Part shown: piece after piece, positions 21,401 through 29,594 of the stretch
How the letters are laid out: each line of letters starts with the position of its first letter
Position numbering within the stretch: the first letter of the stretch is position 1
DNA from: a virus
DNA length: 39,311 nt
Reading direction: 5' to 3' (one strand)
Virus record (IMG/VR): IMGVR_UViG_3300000976_000010
The notes under the pieces: generated by a model
What the model saw: only the letters and a program-made list of their open reading frames with translations
Told to the model about the DNA's origin: nothing
Databases searched by the model: none
Position numbers and translations under genes: made by a program

Positions 21401-22911
21401 TTGTATCAACAAGTCCTCCCGATTTTAGCCTTTGTTTGATTGATAGGTCAAGCATAAACTATTATACCAAGGAGTATCAATACAATAAAAAACGGGTACA
21501 GGACTTGGATATTCACAATATACAAACATTTCATAGAGGCGACATAATTAGCCAAAGGGACAATGTAGATCCAACCATAATAAATTTTAACAAAGAGCAA
21601 TTGCAGTCAATCGGCTTTCAAGATGATTCCATAGCAACCGATCCACTATTAAAAATTTCTAACTTAGGAAAAGTAGGAAACATCGGATCTAACCCGTTTG
21701 AGAACTACACTACACTTTGGGGGGCTTTCCCTAGTAGTGAAGGATACCCATTTTTCACATGGACAGACGATGATTTAGACATAAACGAATACCCACTAGT
21801 TAATGCAACTTCACCAACAAGCATTCATGTCAAGTCGCTTATGCACAAATCTCCCGATTCCTACCAAAGAGAAACACACATAGGCAAATTTTCCTTAATA
21901 CCAATGATTGATATTAGAGATAGCAGAATGGATGATTATGGTTATTCATATCCAAGGTGGTATATTGATATTTTAGGAGATGGAATGGATGGTATTAAAG
22001 AGTTTTCTATAAGCCTTTATGGATTGGATGGGACTTTTTCGGCCACGTACACCACCGCTTCTCAAACACATATCGAATTTGTTGCTAATGCTGTTAATGT
22101 TTTGAATAATTCCACCAATAACCTTTTAAAGATGTTCACTTTTGCACTAGAGTATGTAAATAGAGATGACATCAATGTGGAGGTTATGATAAGAGCAACT
22201 TTCAGATTTAAAGGATATAAAAGCGATTGGTTTGTATTTACTAGTACGCATGATGTTATTGTGGATGATTATCAATCATACGGGAGCTTGCAAGGCTTTA
22301 GTAGAACACCTATTAACACAACTATAAACTCAGGAACATTGACTATTCAAGCAGTAGATGAAACCATACTAGGATTAGAAATTGAACAGGACAAATATTT
22401 AATTTACTCAGGCACTGTTTCATATACAGATGTGTATGACCTAGCGACTAAATTGAGAGGTGTATCCACCGATAACAACTTTGACCTTGAAGTCATAGTC
22501 ACAGAATCAGATGAAATACATTTAATAACCAAGGATAATTTAATCATAGATCACCCCTGTTTTGGTACACAGGCCATTAAGTGTATAGGACTAGAGGGGG
22601 TGGTTTTAAATGTTGAGCCTGTAGGAACTCACGTACAGATGGGTCAGCCTATATATGCCTTTGTTAACACATATTCAAGAAAGACAGACGCATTTATTGT
22701 ATGGGAATTGAAAAATTCTCTAACCAACGAAATTGCTGTAACGCAACACTCTATATGCTTTAGGTATATGATCTTTGAAAGGGGAACATACGATTTAAGT
22801 GTTAGTATAACCGATAAAAATGGTACACATACAAAAACAAAAAGGGGATTTATTACCGTTGGAAGAGGGGAAACCATCAATCGAGTTTCTGACATAACCG
22901 CTAGAAATTAA
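18436..22911 (+). CDS. Large baseplate wedge-like protein with a probable beta-propeller insertion and Ig/PKD-like C-terminus
   Basis: FQGTYKSLFNVLDFFGY..LEIRELW resembles the KGTxxS wedge motif (P2 gpI / T4 gp7 type); short-strand repeats in the middle; GTYDLSVSITDKNG..TKTK.GFITV at the end. TACATA at 18417-18422. Confidence 0.65.
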   Translation: MLLAKNDLQNKAVKISDTSYNQIKYNLEMRPTSYDVNNVTSFSLMIPNSSVISDLSVDIVSEDNDCWNIIYRSSTTGQVEIYNTLSFSNITKRVGSIYCSIPFGVCFCPKYINENPLMDEYSKSVLFIQYTIDGTLFSVELDLFGRVIDYDTHLPEQLEVFGLEVDNRMYESFKDTEINQPYKDRKILNQKRRELLIRQHQIKSFQGTYKSLFNVLDFFGYGELLEIRELWINADKFISTEVTNEVLDSIDNRLAGFTKTNNLQLVYQINAPDGTVDDDGIPYYVNVLIDTCLVLYKLFLIRDILEEDFLPFNIKISDVVGEYTQPIKLQTSTWNNPTYCQTIQGSGAKDNSYIKVEDSNLVISNRFVLTEEGVFTDYFPNNDPKDRTDFVLGVNTFKQLVAYFLEDGRQRVLVSEWHYTSNIAFDLNERMVFTVQKTSDVDWLYQLTSIDLNTNEVLKSDLSISFEPNNLCFHNGLLYTINSSSLYTIDPNNASVINLGAINWSVNPVGELDLSIDSINSDVFVSSGSTLYFFNLSDLNDIKSIEVDVDNVTGISVLYNVINTQSERLVFSANTKEYNSSLYEMDITDILGASDSDFLNTRATKFINMPVIIKDLASYGFDRYNEPLVVDRIETIDNFYALETGTSNELSLLDENLGRGVLGVSVPIQTNSYIDADGGFIYSINSSQELEIYDLETQTIQSVTQIIGLPNESFNSISFYQGHLFLVSEYMYHIKIGGIEAERYDTNLNLLYGSDSTFCIWIDSTLSRVYIANGTNVYMHEFNYNELSVSSDYEQYSSTENILSLTGKHSNGESLLYFVSNDDSLYNFELSTEITSLLYTYAQPVFSLNLFQLVEYRPKKAFCYDDTDFLFIESEVFEDLDEQGSTIQPYEDYKMLNNFHSLDIALLKVELGFEPEEYTSFDLKIFNTVDLISENFNILPTPIWNSEIRPIGSLKSEIVLGFFKIGDYSVRFTLQDKHGGVTVLQEDCIVSTSPPDFSLCLIDRSSINYYTKEYQYNKKRVQDLDIHNIQTFHRGDIISQRDNVDPTIINFNKEQLQSIGFQDDSIATDPLLKISNLGKVGNIGSNPFENYTTLWGAFPSSEGYPFFTWTDDDLDINEYPLVNATSPTSIHVKSLMHKSPDSYQRETHIGKFSLIPMIDIRDSRMDDYGYSYPRWYIDILGDGMDGIKEFSISLYGLDGTFSATYTTASQTHIEFVANAVNVLNNSTNNLLKMFTFALEYVNRDDINVEVMIRATFRFKGYKSDWFVFTSTHDVIVDDYQSYGSLQGFSRTPINTTINSGTLTIQAVDETILGLEIEQDKYLIYSGTVSYTDVYDLATKLRGVSTDNNFDLEVIVTESDEIHLITKDNLIIDHPCFGTQAIKCIGLEGVVLNVEPVGTHVQMGQPIYAFVNTYSRKTDAFIVWELKNSLTNEIAVTQHSICFRYMIFERGTYDLSVSITDKNGTHTKTKRGFITVGRGETINRVSDITARN

Positions 22912-22928
22912 ATAAAGCGTGTATTGTT

Positions 22929-23372
22929 TTAAGATATACACGCTTTTAAATATTCCAATTCTGTTTCTAGCTTATCATAAAGATAAATTCTTAATTTTCT
23001 CAGGCTACTAACCGCTTCTTTCTTTGTTGAGTAAACTAAAGCAGGAAGTACATTTAAATCCCAACGTTCAAAGAAAGATAGGAATTTTTCTCCATCAAAA
23101 TCAATAGCCATGAATTTTTTATTTAGGTTGTAATTCCTACCGTCACCTTTTGATACACACTTCCAATAACAATGATTAAGTGCCTTTATTGTATTCTGCT
23201 TCTCTAGTATTTTAGTTGGTGTTATTTGGTAGAAATAAGAATCACCATCATCAATAACCTTTTGAACAATCCCAACAAACATAAAATAGCGATAAACCTT
23301 GTTTGTTGGGCAAACAAGGAAATAAACCTTGTCGTTTGGTTGGTATATCTTTTTATCAAAGAAGCTTATCAT
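22929..23372 (-). CDS. hypothetical protein (SH3/KOW-like N-terminus possible)
   Basis: 147-aa ORF whose start overlaps the end of the upstream gene. Confidence 0.75.
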   Translation of the reverse strand: MISFFDKKIYQPNDKVYFLVCPTNKVYRYFMFVGIVQKVIDDGDSYFYQITPTKILEKQNTIKALNHCYWKCVSKGDGRNYNLNKKFMAIDFDGEKFLSFFERWDLNVLPALVYSTKKEAVSSLRKLRIYLYDKLETELEYLKACIS

Positions 23373-24132
23373 CGCCTTTCATCTTTTTTTCAAACGCCCC
23401 CTTAACTATGGCCTCTACTACAATTAACATGGTTGGTTCATTGACCAAAGCCTTGACATAATCGTTTAATTTAACATCAGGGAACATTTTTAGTAAGTTA
23501 ATAGCAGTGCTTAGGTCAGGAGTTTCACCCTCTTCAAATTCGTTAAGACTTTTTTTGCTTAGTGTTATGACACTTTTTAATTCAGGGTTTGTATTATCCG
23601 ATTCATAAGTTTGTCCCTTACCATTATTATCCGATTCATAAGTTTGTCCCTTACCATTATTATGGGAAGTATCAACTAAAAGGTGATCCGTTTTAATTGG
23701 TGATGTAGTCTCAATAACAACCGTTTCTTCAAAAGGATTTGGAATAGGTTCTACTTTTGGTGTTGGTTTTTCGGCTTGGGAGGACGTTTTGTTTAAATCA
23801 CTTCTCATAACTTTTGTTTTGGGACTGCCCTTCCCAAGTGAATTTTTAAATCCTCCTAAAGTTTTTGAAAGATAGTCTGATACCGAAATTTTTTTTGGGG
23901 GATTACGCATTATCTCATAGTTTTCAAGAAATGAATTTATATCTTTGGGTTGTGCAGGCTCAGACCTTATTATAACCTCCTTTTTAAGTCGATCTACACT
24001 AATAACCTCCACATACCCTACTGATACATTTGAATCTTCAACTCCTATTGGTATAGAATGGTTTATCGGGGCAATTGGAGTCCAAAAAGAACCCTTCACC
24101 AATAAATTATTTTTGTTTAGCATATAGCACAT
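23356..24132 (-). CDS. hypothetical protein with a low-complexity linker
   Basis: 258-aa ORF; Pro/Thr-rich middle containing an exact 11-aa duplication. Confidence 0.8.
   Translation of the reverse strand: MCYMLNKNNLLVKGSFWTPIAPINHSIPIGVEDSNVSVGYVEVISVDRLKKEVIIRSEPAQPKDINSFLENYEIMRNPPKKISVSDYLSKTLGGFKNSLGKGSPKTKVMRSDLNKTSSQAEKPTPKVEPIPNPFEETVVIETTSPIKTDHLLVDTSHNNGKGQTYESDNNGKGQTYESDNTNPELKSVITLSKKSLNEFEEGETPDLSTAINLLKMFPDVKLNDYVKALVNEPTMLIVVEAIVKGAFEKKMKGDDKLL
23592..23663. repeat. Perfect 33-bp tandem duplication (about 2.2 copies)
   Basis: TATTATCCGATTCATAAGTTTGTCCCTTACCAT at 23592-23624 and 23625-23657, then TATTAT; encodes NNGKGQTYESD twice. Confidence 0.95.
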
Positions 24133-24219
24133 CTTTAATTAATCATAAAATCATTAATAATAACGCTTAAAAAATAACTTTGTACATAATTTAACAAATT
24201 CAACTCCAAAGTTTTAATA

Positions 24220-25803
24220 ATGGCCTTAACACCTTCTGAATATAAAAAATTGAGAATTAATATGGATTATGAAACATCCAAATTGATGACAGGTCGATAT
24301 GAAAACTTGGAAGGTGTTGATATGCCAAAGGGCGCAGATAAACAAGTTCTTGAGAACGGGACAACCAAAAACATACAATTAGAAGACCAACCACGTTCTC
24401 TTTTTTCAAAACATCACCTATTCTATTTAAATAAGTTTGGGGGGAGTGGGGGGAATTACCCAATAACAGAAGAAGACATTGGCAATAATTCCGACCTATT
24501 TAAAAATTTAACCCCCTTGGATTTAATTGATAATCCTAGAGGTGGCCTAATATACAACGCCAATGATTTTTTATACTTAAAGGACATTGATAATATTCCA
24601 CTTAACAGGCTCATAACAGTCAATAAGTTTGCGTACCCCTGTTCGGATAATATATTCGACTCCAACTTCCACCAAGAGCCGCCCATTTCAACAATGCTAA
24701 CCTTTGCAGGTAAAAATTACAACAAACTTAGTGAAATTACTAAGATAGAAATGGGTCTTAGATGGAAGGAATTGACGGCAGGTATGGAACAAATGTCTAC
24801 TATTGGTTCTCAGAGCGGCTTTAATGCAGGTCAGGGTAGAGCAGGGGGCGTAGCTCAAGGAATACTTAATGTAGCTAGTCCTGAATTTGGTAACAATGCC
24901 ATAGCAGGGTCAAACAGGTTAAATTATGATCCCACGCATGATAAGAATAAAGTGTATGGTCAAGTAGACTCAATAGAGAAGACACACATAAGAGATGTGG
25001 GTCTTGATTGGAATCAGTCTATTGCGCTAACATTCAAATATGAAATGCGATCACATAATGGACTTAGTGGAAAACGAGCTTTCATAGATTTGATGTCTAG
25101 TATATTAGTAATGACTACCAACGATGCTACGTTTTGGGGTGGTAGCAGGTTTTGGGTTGGACAAAGACCAAGTAAGATGGCTACAAATTTAAGAATGATG
25201 CAACCTAGTAATTACCAAGAATTTTTAAATAGAGGCCACGCTTCTATGAAAGGTTTTTTGGGGGGGATTAATAGTGGGAGTGCATTGGAGACACTTAAGA
25301 AAGTAGCAGGTAATATACTTAACATGGCCTTTGGTAAACTCCTAGACACCGTTGGTCGTCCTAGTATACCTCTAATGAATTCTCTGCTAACAAACGATCC
25401 TGTAGGGAATTATCATATAACAATCGGCAACCCTTTCAACCCTATAATGAGTGTGGGTAATATGATTAATGATGGTGTTTCTTCTATTCGATTTGGTGAT
25501 GAATTGGGATACGAAGATTTTCCTAATGAAGTGTTTGTTGAGATGAAATTCAAACCTGCTATGGGGAGAGGTAGAGCAGGGGCAGAGGCGTTGTATAATG
25601 GAGGTTCTAGGACATATTGGAAACCGAAGGATGTTTACAAGGGTAAAACCACCTCAATAGGGAGCAGTAGCAATGATCCTGCGCTATTGGGTGATTTTGT
25701 TTCTAATGGAATCAATGGACTTAAGTGGGGCGATTTTTCTAAGGAGGCTGTTCTTAGAAATAGCCAATCAGTTTTTAAATACATTAATAGAGATGGGAGG
25801 TAG
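24220..25803 (+). CDS. Conserved large-phage structural protein, probably baseplate/tail-tube cap-like
   Basis: HITIGNPFNPIMSVGNM...F...LGYEDFP.E..V.M..KPA.GR recalls tail-tube-fold baseplate proteins; Gly/Ala-rich helical insert; TACATA at 24183-24188. The function is an inference. Confidence 0.55.
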   Translation: MALTPSEYKKLRINMDYETSKLMTGRYENLEGVDMPKGADKQVLENGTTKNIQLEDQPRSLFSKHHLFYLNKFGGSGGNYPITEEDIGNNSDLFKNLTPLDLIDNPRGGLIYNANDFLYLKDIDNIPLNRLITVNKFAYPCSDNIFDSNFHQEPPISTMLTFAGKNYNKLSEITKIEMGLRWKELTAGMEQMSTIGSQSGFNAGQGRAGGVAQGILNVASPEFGNNAIAGSNRLNYDPTHDKNKVYGQVDSIEKTHIRDVGLDWNQSIALTFKYEMRSHNGLSGKRAFIDLMSSILVMTTNDATFWGGSRFWVGQRPSKMATNLRMMQPSNYQEFLNRGHASMKGFLGGINSGSALETLKKVAGNILNMAFGKLLDTVGRPSIPLMNSLLTNDPVGNYHITIGNPFNPIMSVGNMINDGVSSIRFGDELGYEDFPNEVFVEMKFKPAMGRGRAGAEALYNGGSRTYWKPKDVYKGKTTSIGSSSNDPALLGDFVSNGINGLKWGDFSKEAVLRNSQSVFKYINRDGR

Positions 25804-25806
25804 ATT

Positions 25807-26118
25807 TTAGTCCTCAAATACTTTGTTGGTGTCATAAAGGTTGTTGGGAAGCGGAGTGTATTTATTATTAAACGATTCAAGTTGGCGTGATATATTAACC
25901 ATCTTCACATGTCTCCTATTAGCCATTGCCTTGCAGGATTCTACTATTTCATCTACTAGGTTAATATCATGCCCCTGTTTTATCGTTACGATTTCATCCT
26001 CGTTTTCAACAATAGCCCTATATTGTTTTCCGAACTTCAATTCTATTGTGACATCATATATTTCGGCCAATTGTCTTATATTTGTAATGCTTATTTTTTT
26101 TAGATCCCGCTTTTTCAT
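25807..26118 (-). CDS. hypothetical protein
   Basis: ORF track 25807..26169; ATG 26118 (MKKRDLKK) has the A-rich leader. Confidence 0.7.
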   Translation of the reverse strand: MKKRDLKKISITNIRQLAEIYDVTIELKFGKQYRAIVENEDEIVTIKQGHDINLVDEIVESCKAMANRRHVKMVNISRQLESFNNKYTPLPNNLYDTNKVFED

Positions 26119-26278
26119 TTTTATTATTTTCTGAATTAATAGTCTCATTAACCCTTGTCTCAAATTCATCCCTTAGTGGTGTCCCCACTTTTCCATAACG
26201 CAAATCTAGCAAATCGTCAAATTTTTCAATTCCTGCTAAGTTTTCGGGTGTCAGATGTGTTGGTTTATTTTTATCCAT
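26054..26278 (-). CDS. Small protein resembling the N-terminus of Bacteroidota HigA/XRE antitoxins, without the HTH
   Basis: FDDLLDLRYGKVGTPLRDEFE motif; no HTH follows. Confidence 0.6.
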   Translation of the reverse strand: MDKNKPTHLTPENLAGIEKFDDLLDLRYGKVGTPLRDEFETRVNETINSENNKNEKAGSKKNKHYKYKTIGRNI

Positions 26279-26316
26279 TGTTTTATTTTATGATTATTAA
26301 TAGACTCATTAAATTC

Positions 26317-26475
26317 CTACAAAAATGTGTCATCCTTTTCCAAAAATTTATTTATAGCCTCTATCTGCTCTTCCAACGCCATGTCATTCAAATCGAGTAC
26401 AGGAATCATATCTTTGCGTAATGTTATATCATGACGCGTGTATAAATTCCTGTTGTATGCAATTAAAAAAGACAT
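26317..26475 (-). CDS. hypothetical protein (52 aa)
   Basis: Read by hand: MSFLIAYNRNLYTRHDITLRKDMIPVLDLNDMALEEQIEAINKFLEKDDTFL; starts inside a cassette-junction-like site. Confidence 0.45.
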   Translation of the reverse strand: MSFLIAYNRNLYTRHDITLRKDMIPVLDLNDMALEEQIEAINKFLEKDDTFL

Positions 26476-26606
26476 ACAACAATAAATATAAGTAATAGTG
26501 GTCGTTTGGAACGCCTAAGCCAATTAACATTCGTTAGGCTATGCAAGCGCACTTGCCGAATGATACTGTTTGAACCACTACTACTCATATTCTTTGCCGT
26601 TAATGG
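26473..26606 (-). other. attC-like / Flavo-1-like structured element
   Basis: Minus strand: CATTAAC-N7-AATATGAGTAGTAGTGGT...ACCACTATTACTTATATT-N4-GTTGTATG. 18-bp stem (26574-26591 with 26485-26502) containing two G-T/G-U pairs and internal hairpins. Confidence 0.7.
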
Positions 26607-26824
26607 TTAGACTGAATACCTTTTTGGATCTTGAATAATTTTGTAAGTAAAACTATCGTGTATAGTAGACCAACCTTCTTTAAGCATAAAATCGCTCAAG
26701 GTGCTAAAACTTTGTTCGTCTGTGATAATGTTATTTTGATGTTCTTGTGGTTTGATTTTTCTTGTTTTTTTATATAAATTATTAGAATCATTAAATTCCT
26801 ATTAAAGCACGTCCTTCCACCAAA

Positions 26825-27058
26825 CTAAGAAACTATTTTGTATTTCTTGTAAAAAAAGTGTACCGCTTCCCTGTCTTCTGTAATATAGTCCATTATATTC
26901 TCCGCATCTACATCGGTTACTTCATTAAATGCTTCTTCTCTTGTAATTCCGTAGTTTCGCGCAATTCCGTCAAGTATTTCATTCATTAGTTTAGTACTTA
27001 GCGACATCAAGAAATTGGCGGTGTCTGCTTTCATTGTATAAGGATTGGTAATTGTCAT
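26825..27058 (-). CDS. hypothetical early protein
   Basis: 77-aa ORF behind a consensus promoter. Confidence 0.8.
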   Translation of the reverse strand: MTITNPYTMKADTANFLMSLSTKLMNEILDGIARNYGITREEAFNEVTDVDAENIMDYITEDREAVHFFYKKYKIVS

Positions 27059-27101
27059 GTCTTATGATTGTTTATAACTAGGCTTATGTGCTTTCGATAC
27101 T

Positions 27102-27133
27102 CAAATATAAGACAATTCCCGATTCCTTGCAAA
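27102..27133 (-). promoter_or_regulatory. Consensus Bacteroidota sigma70 promoter
   Basis: TTTG-N20-TATATTTG on the minus strand. Confidence 0.8.
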
Positions 27134-27174
27134 TATTTAGCTACTTATTTTATTTTAATTGAGACTCGACCAAA

Positions 27175-27405
27175 TCAATAAGTAACAAATTCAAATTCGT
27201 CTTCCAATAAATCTAAGCACCTAATCACCTTTATGCCTCTGTACTTCATATTTTGTTCGTAAAGGTTAATGGACATGCCACCATTATTGGATATTTCTTT
27301 TACAAGATCACACCATGTTTGTGGATGTAATAAAATAAGCCTTGGAATTCTTTTCGATTCCATAAATGCGCTACGCATTCTGTTCTCCAATTTTTATTGT
27401 ATCAT
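27175..27405 (-). pseudogene. small gene with an in-frame TAA at codon 4 (may still be expressed from TTG 27390 or an internal ATG)
   Basis: ATG ATA CAA TAA AAA TTG GAG AAC...; the ATG at 27405 is in frame with the 71-aa ORF. Confidence 0.55.
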
Positions 27406-27417
27406 AGTATTTATTTT

Positions 27418-27675
27418 TTAACACGAAAGGGTTCTATATTCAACATCAAGTTCAATTAGTTTGAGTCTAACACCAAGATTAAAACCTGTAAATTCAGGAG
27501 TACATATAACCAATTCCAATCCGTCAAAATTTATAGACTCATAATTAGCCACTTTTATTAGGAACCTCGCCACCTCTTTTACATCCTCCCCCTTGTCGCA
27601 TTCTTCCTTTTCTAATCGAATTATTTGTTTGTCAAGCTGTTTCTTATTGATTACTAACATAGGCACATAACTCAT
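27418..27675 (-). CDS. hypothetical protein
   Basis: 85-aa ORF in the array. Confidence 0.75.
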   Translation of the reverse strand: MSYVPMLVINKKQLDKQIIRLEKEECDKGEDVKEVARFLIKVANYESINFDGLELVICTPEFTGFNLGVRLKLIELDVEYRTLSC

Positions 27676-27739
27676 ACTTTAGTCTTTTTTTTAATAACAG
27701 TCATTAATCAATACTCGCTGTCGTTTATTATAAAATATT

Positions 27740-28222
27740 CTAAATTTCTTCACCTCGTCCATCAAAAATTACGATCATAGAATCGTGCATACCGCTATTT
27801 TTTACCAAAGGCATCCCAATGGGCGGAATTCTATCCCAAAGATGCCAATTAACCGCTTCGTCTTTGCTATTGATGCCTATAAATTTAACTCTACCCCTTA
27901 AAAATCTTATGTCTGACGAATTGGGTAATATATGCTCATGGAATAATAATGTAGAAGTGCTAACAGGAATTAACATAACACAAAGTCTACCCTTTTTTGA
28001 TTCCTCAATTGCCTTTTTAACAAAAAGTTCCTTAAGTTTCCTTCTATATGGAGGATTGATAAAGTTTCTTTCTTTCCAATCAATTTTTAGACCATCCCAA
28101 TCATTTATATTGTGCATGTATGGGCAAGGGTCAAAATTAAAATTGAATTCGTTATTGAGCTGTTGCAATAATTGGGGGGGGGTAGCCCAATCATCTCTGT
28201 GATCCAAGTTTCTGTTTTTCAT
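27740..28222 (-). CDS. Phage Dam-family DNA N6-adenine methyltransferase
   Basis: DDWATP, FNFDPCP, DGLKIDW, FINPPY (motif IV), VMLIP, IRFLRGRVKF. Confidence 0.9.
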   Translation of the reverse strand: MKNRNLDHRDDWATPPQLLQQLNNEFNFNFDPCPYMHNINDWDGLKIDWKERNFINPPYRRKLKELFVKKAIEESKKGRLCVMLIPVSTSTLLFHEHILPNSSDIRFLRGRVKFIGINSKDEAVNWHLWDRIPPIGMPLVKNSGMHDSMIVIFDGRGEEI

Positions 28223-28282
28223 AATTATTTGTTTATTTCGTGACTTTAGTCTTTCAATTTTACGTACCCAAAATGCTAAACG

Positions 28283-28657
28283 TTAGTACTCATAGTCAAC
28301 ACCAAGCAATATTATATCTACAGATTCAGAGTAGTACCCGTTGCTTTCGCCAAACCATCTAATATCCACATAGCCTTTAATTGTTGCGAATTTATAATAA
28401 GTCCAAGTACAAGAACCATAGTCTTCCGCCTCTTTACTTCTTTGAATATCTTCTTTTGAAGTTGGTTCGTAATTTGAAACTTCTTCGGCTTTTAATATTG
28501 GGCTTCCAACCAAATACTGTAAATCGCCAACTATATCTTCAATGGTCACGCTTTCGCAGCAATATTGTCCGTGATACATTTTATATTTATTTCCATCTTC
28601 GCAAGCAAATATTATATAGTCATTATCACTGTTTCTACTTTGGTAAGTTTTTACCAA
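28283..28657 (-). CDS. Conserved phage hypothetical protein (CCES...GESNGYYSE family) with a damaged 5' end
   Basis: [56 protein letters not shown]. No proper ATG; upstream frames appear shifted. Confidence 0.7.
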   Translation of the reverse strand: MVKTYQSRNSDNDYIIFACEDGNKYKMYHGQYCCESVTIEDIVGDLQYLVGSPILKAEEVSNYEPTSKEDIQRSKEAEDYGSCTWTYYKFATIKGYVDIRWFGESNGYYSESVDIILLGVDYEY

Positions 28658-28711
28658 TCAACCCTTTTAATCTTTACAACTTATTTAATATTTTAATAGC
28701 GTTATAGCCAA

Positions 28712-29002
28712 TTAAATATATTCTTCAATTTCAAAGTCATCATTCACTTTAGCTATATCTTTGCAGATTTGCTCAAATGTCTTACTGTTCAAATCATCAA
28801 GTTGCTCTTTTGTAGTTATGTAAATAAATCCGTCAAGTCCTTCAAGACTATCGCATTTGGTAGGTTTATTTCCGCATACCGTTAAGCAGCTTAATTCAAG
28901 TCCATTTTTTAATGTGTAATTGTTTTGTACATCATCCCAATCAGGTCTGTTTGTTGTTTTTTCAAACCCGTAACTTTCAATAATTTCTAATGTTAAATCC
29001 AT
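28712..29002 (-). CDS. hypothetical protein
   Basis: 96-aa ORF; LT.EI...YGF start typical of small phage proteins. Confidence 0.8.
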   Translation of the reverse strand: MDLTLEIIESYGFEKTTNRPDWDDVQNNYTLKNGLELSCLTVCGNKPTKCDSLEGLDGFIYITTKEQLDDLNSKTFEQICKDIAKVNDDFEIEEYI

Positions 29003-29067
29003 AATTCGTTTTTCTGTTTAATAAAAGGATTTATAATATTGTAATGACTTAATATCTCAGAATGGGG

Positions 29068-29331
29068 TTACTCTTCATGCTCTTTTAACGCTTCCTCTAC
29101 CTTGGCTAACTCCTCCTTCATTTTGTCACGTTGGGTTATATTAAGTGCTGTTAAAATAACTATAAATTCTCTTTCTTTAAGGAATTCATTATAAGTATTG
29201 AATAACCCCGTATCCTTCCAATCATTAATTCCTTCAAGTTGATAATCGAATTCAATTGCCATGCTTTCGTGGTGATCTACACACTTCTTTATACTATCCC
29301 TCTTAGCTGTTAAATATTGCTTTTGGTTCAT
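29068..29331 (-). CDS. hypothetical coiled-coil protein
   Basis: 87-aa ORF in the array. Confidence 0.75.
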   Translation of the reverse strand: MNQKQYLTAKRDSIKKCVDHHESMAIEFDYQLEGINDWKDTGLFNTYNEFLKEREFIVILTALNITQRDKMKEELAKVEEALKEHEE

Positions 29332-29379
29332 AAGTTGAATTGGTTTTAAAATGTAATTTTATAAAAGTAATAAATAATA

Positions 29380-29586
29380 CTACCTGTATCGTTTATAAAC
29401 TTCATTATATACAGCATCGGCAATTCTCATAGCATCAACTGTATCGTCTAACATACCTTCTGCCATTTCTTCACATTCTTTTAAGGTCTTGTAAGGTTCA
29501 TTAATACACCATTTTCTCCAAAAAAAAGGCTCGATGTTATTTTTAAACCTTATCTGCAAGTACCATCTTTGTTGTTCGTTTTTCAT
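29380..29586 (-). CDS. hypothetical protein
   Basis: 68-aa ORF in the array. Confidence 0.7.
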   Translation of the reverse strand: MKNEQQRWYLQIRFKNNIEPFFWRKWCINEPYKTLKECEEMAEGMLDDTVDAMRIADAVYNEVYKRYR

Positions 29587-29594
29587 AATCCGTA

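Noticed and set aside
12885-22911. Diversity-generating retroelement acting on tail genes
   Set aside because: No reverse transcriptase and no template/variable repeat pair noticed in the window.
23592-23663. CRISPR mini-array
   Set aside because: Adjacent copies with no spacer, in frame within a CDS.
26485-26591. Known ribozyme, riboswitch or tRNA
   Set aside because: No hammerhead core, no HDV P3/J4-2, no clear twister or pistol consensus, and no cloverleaf or T-loop. Kept only as an unassigned structured element.
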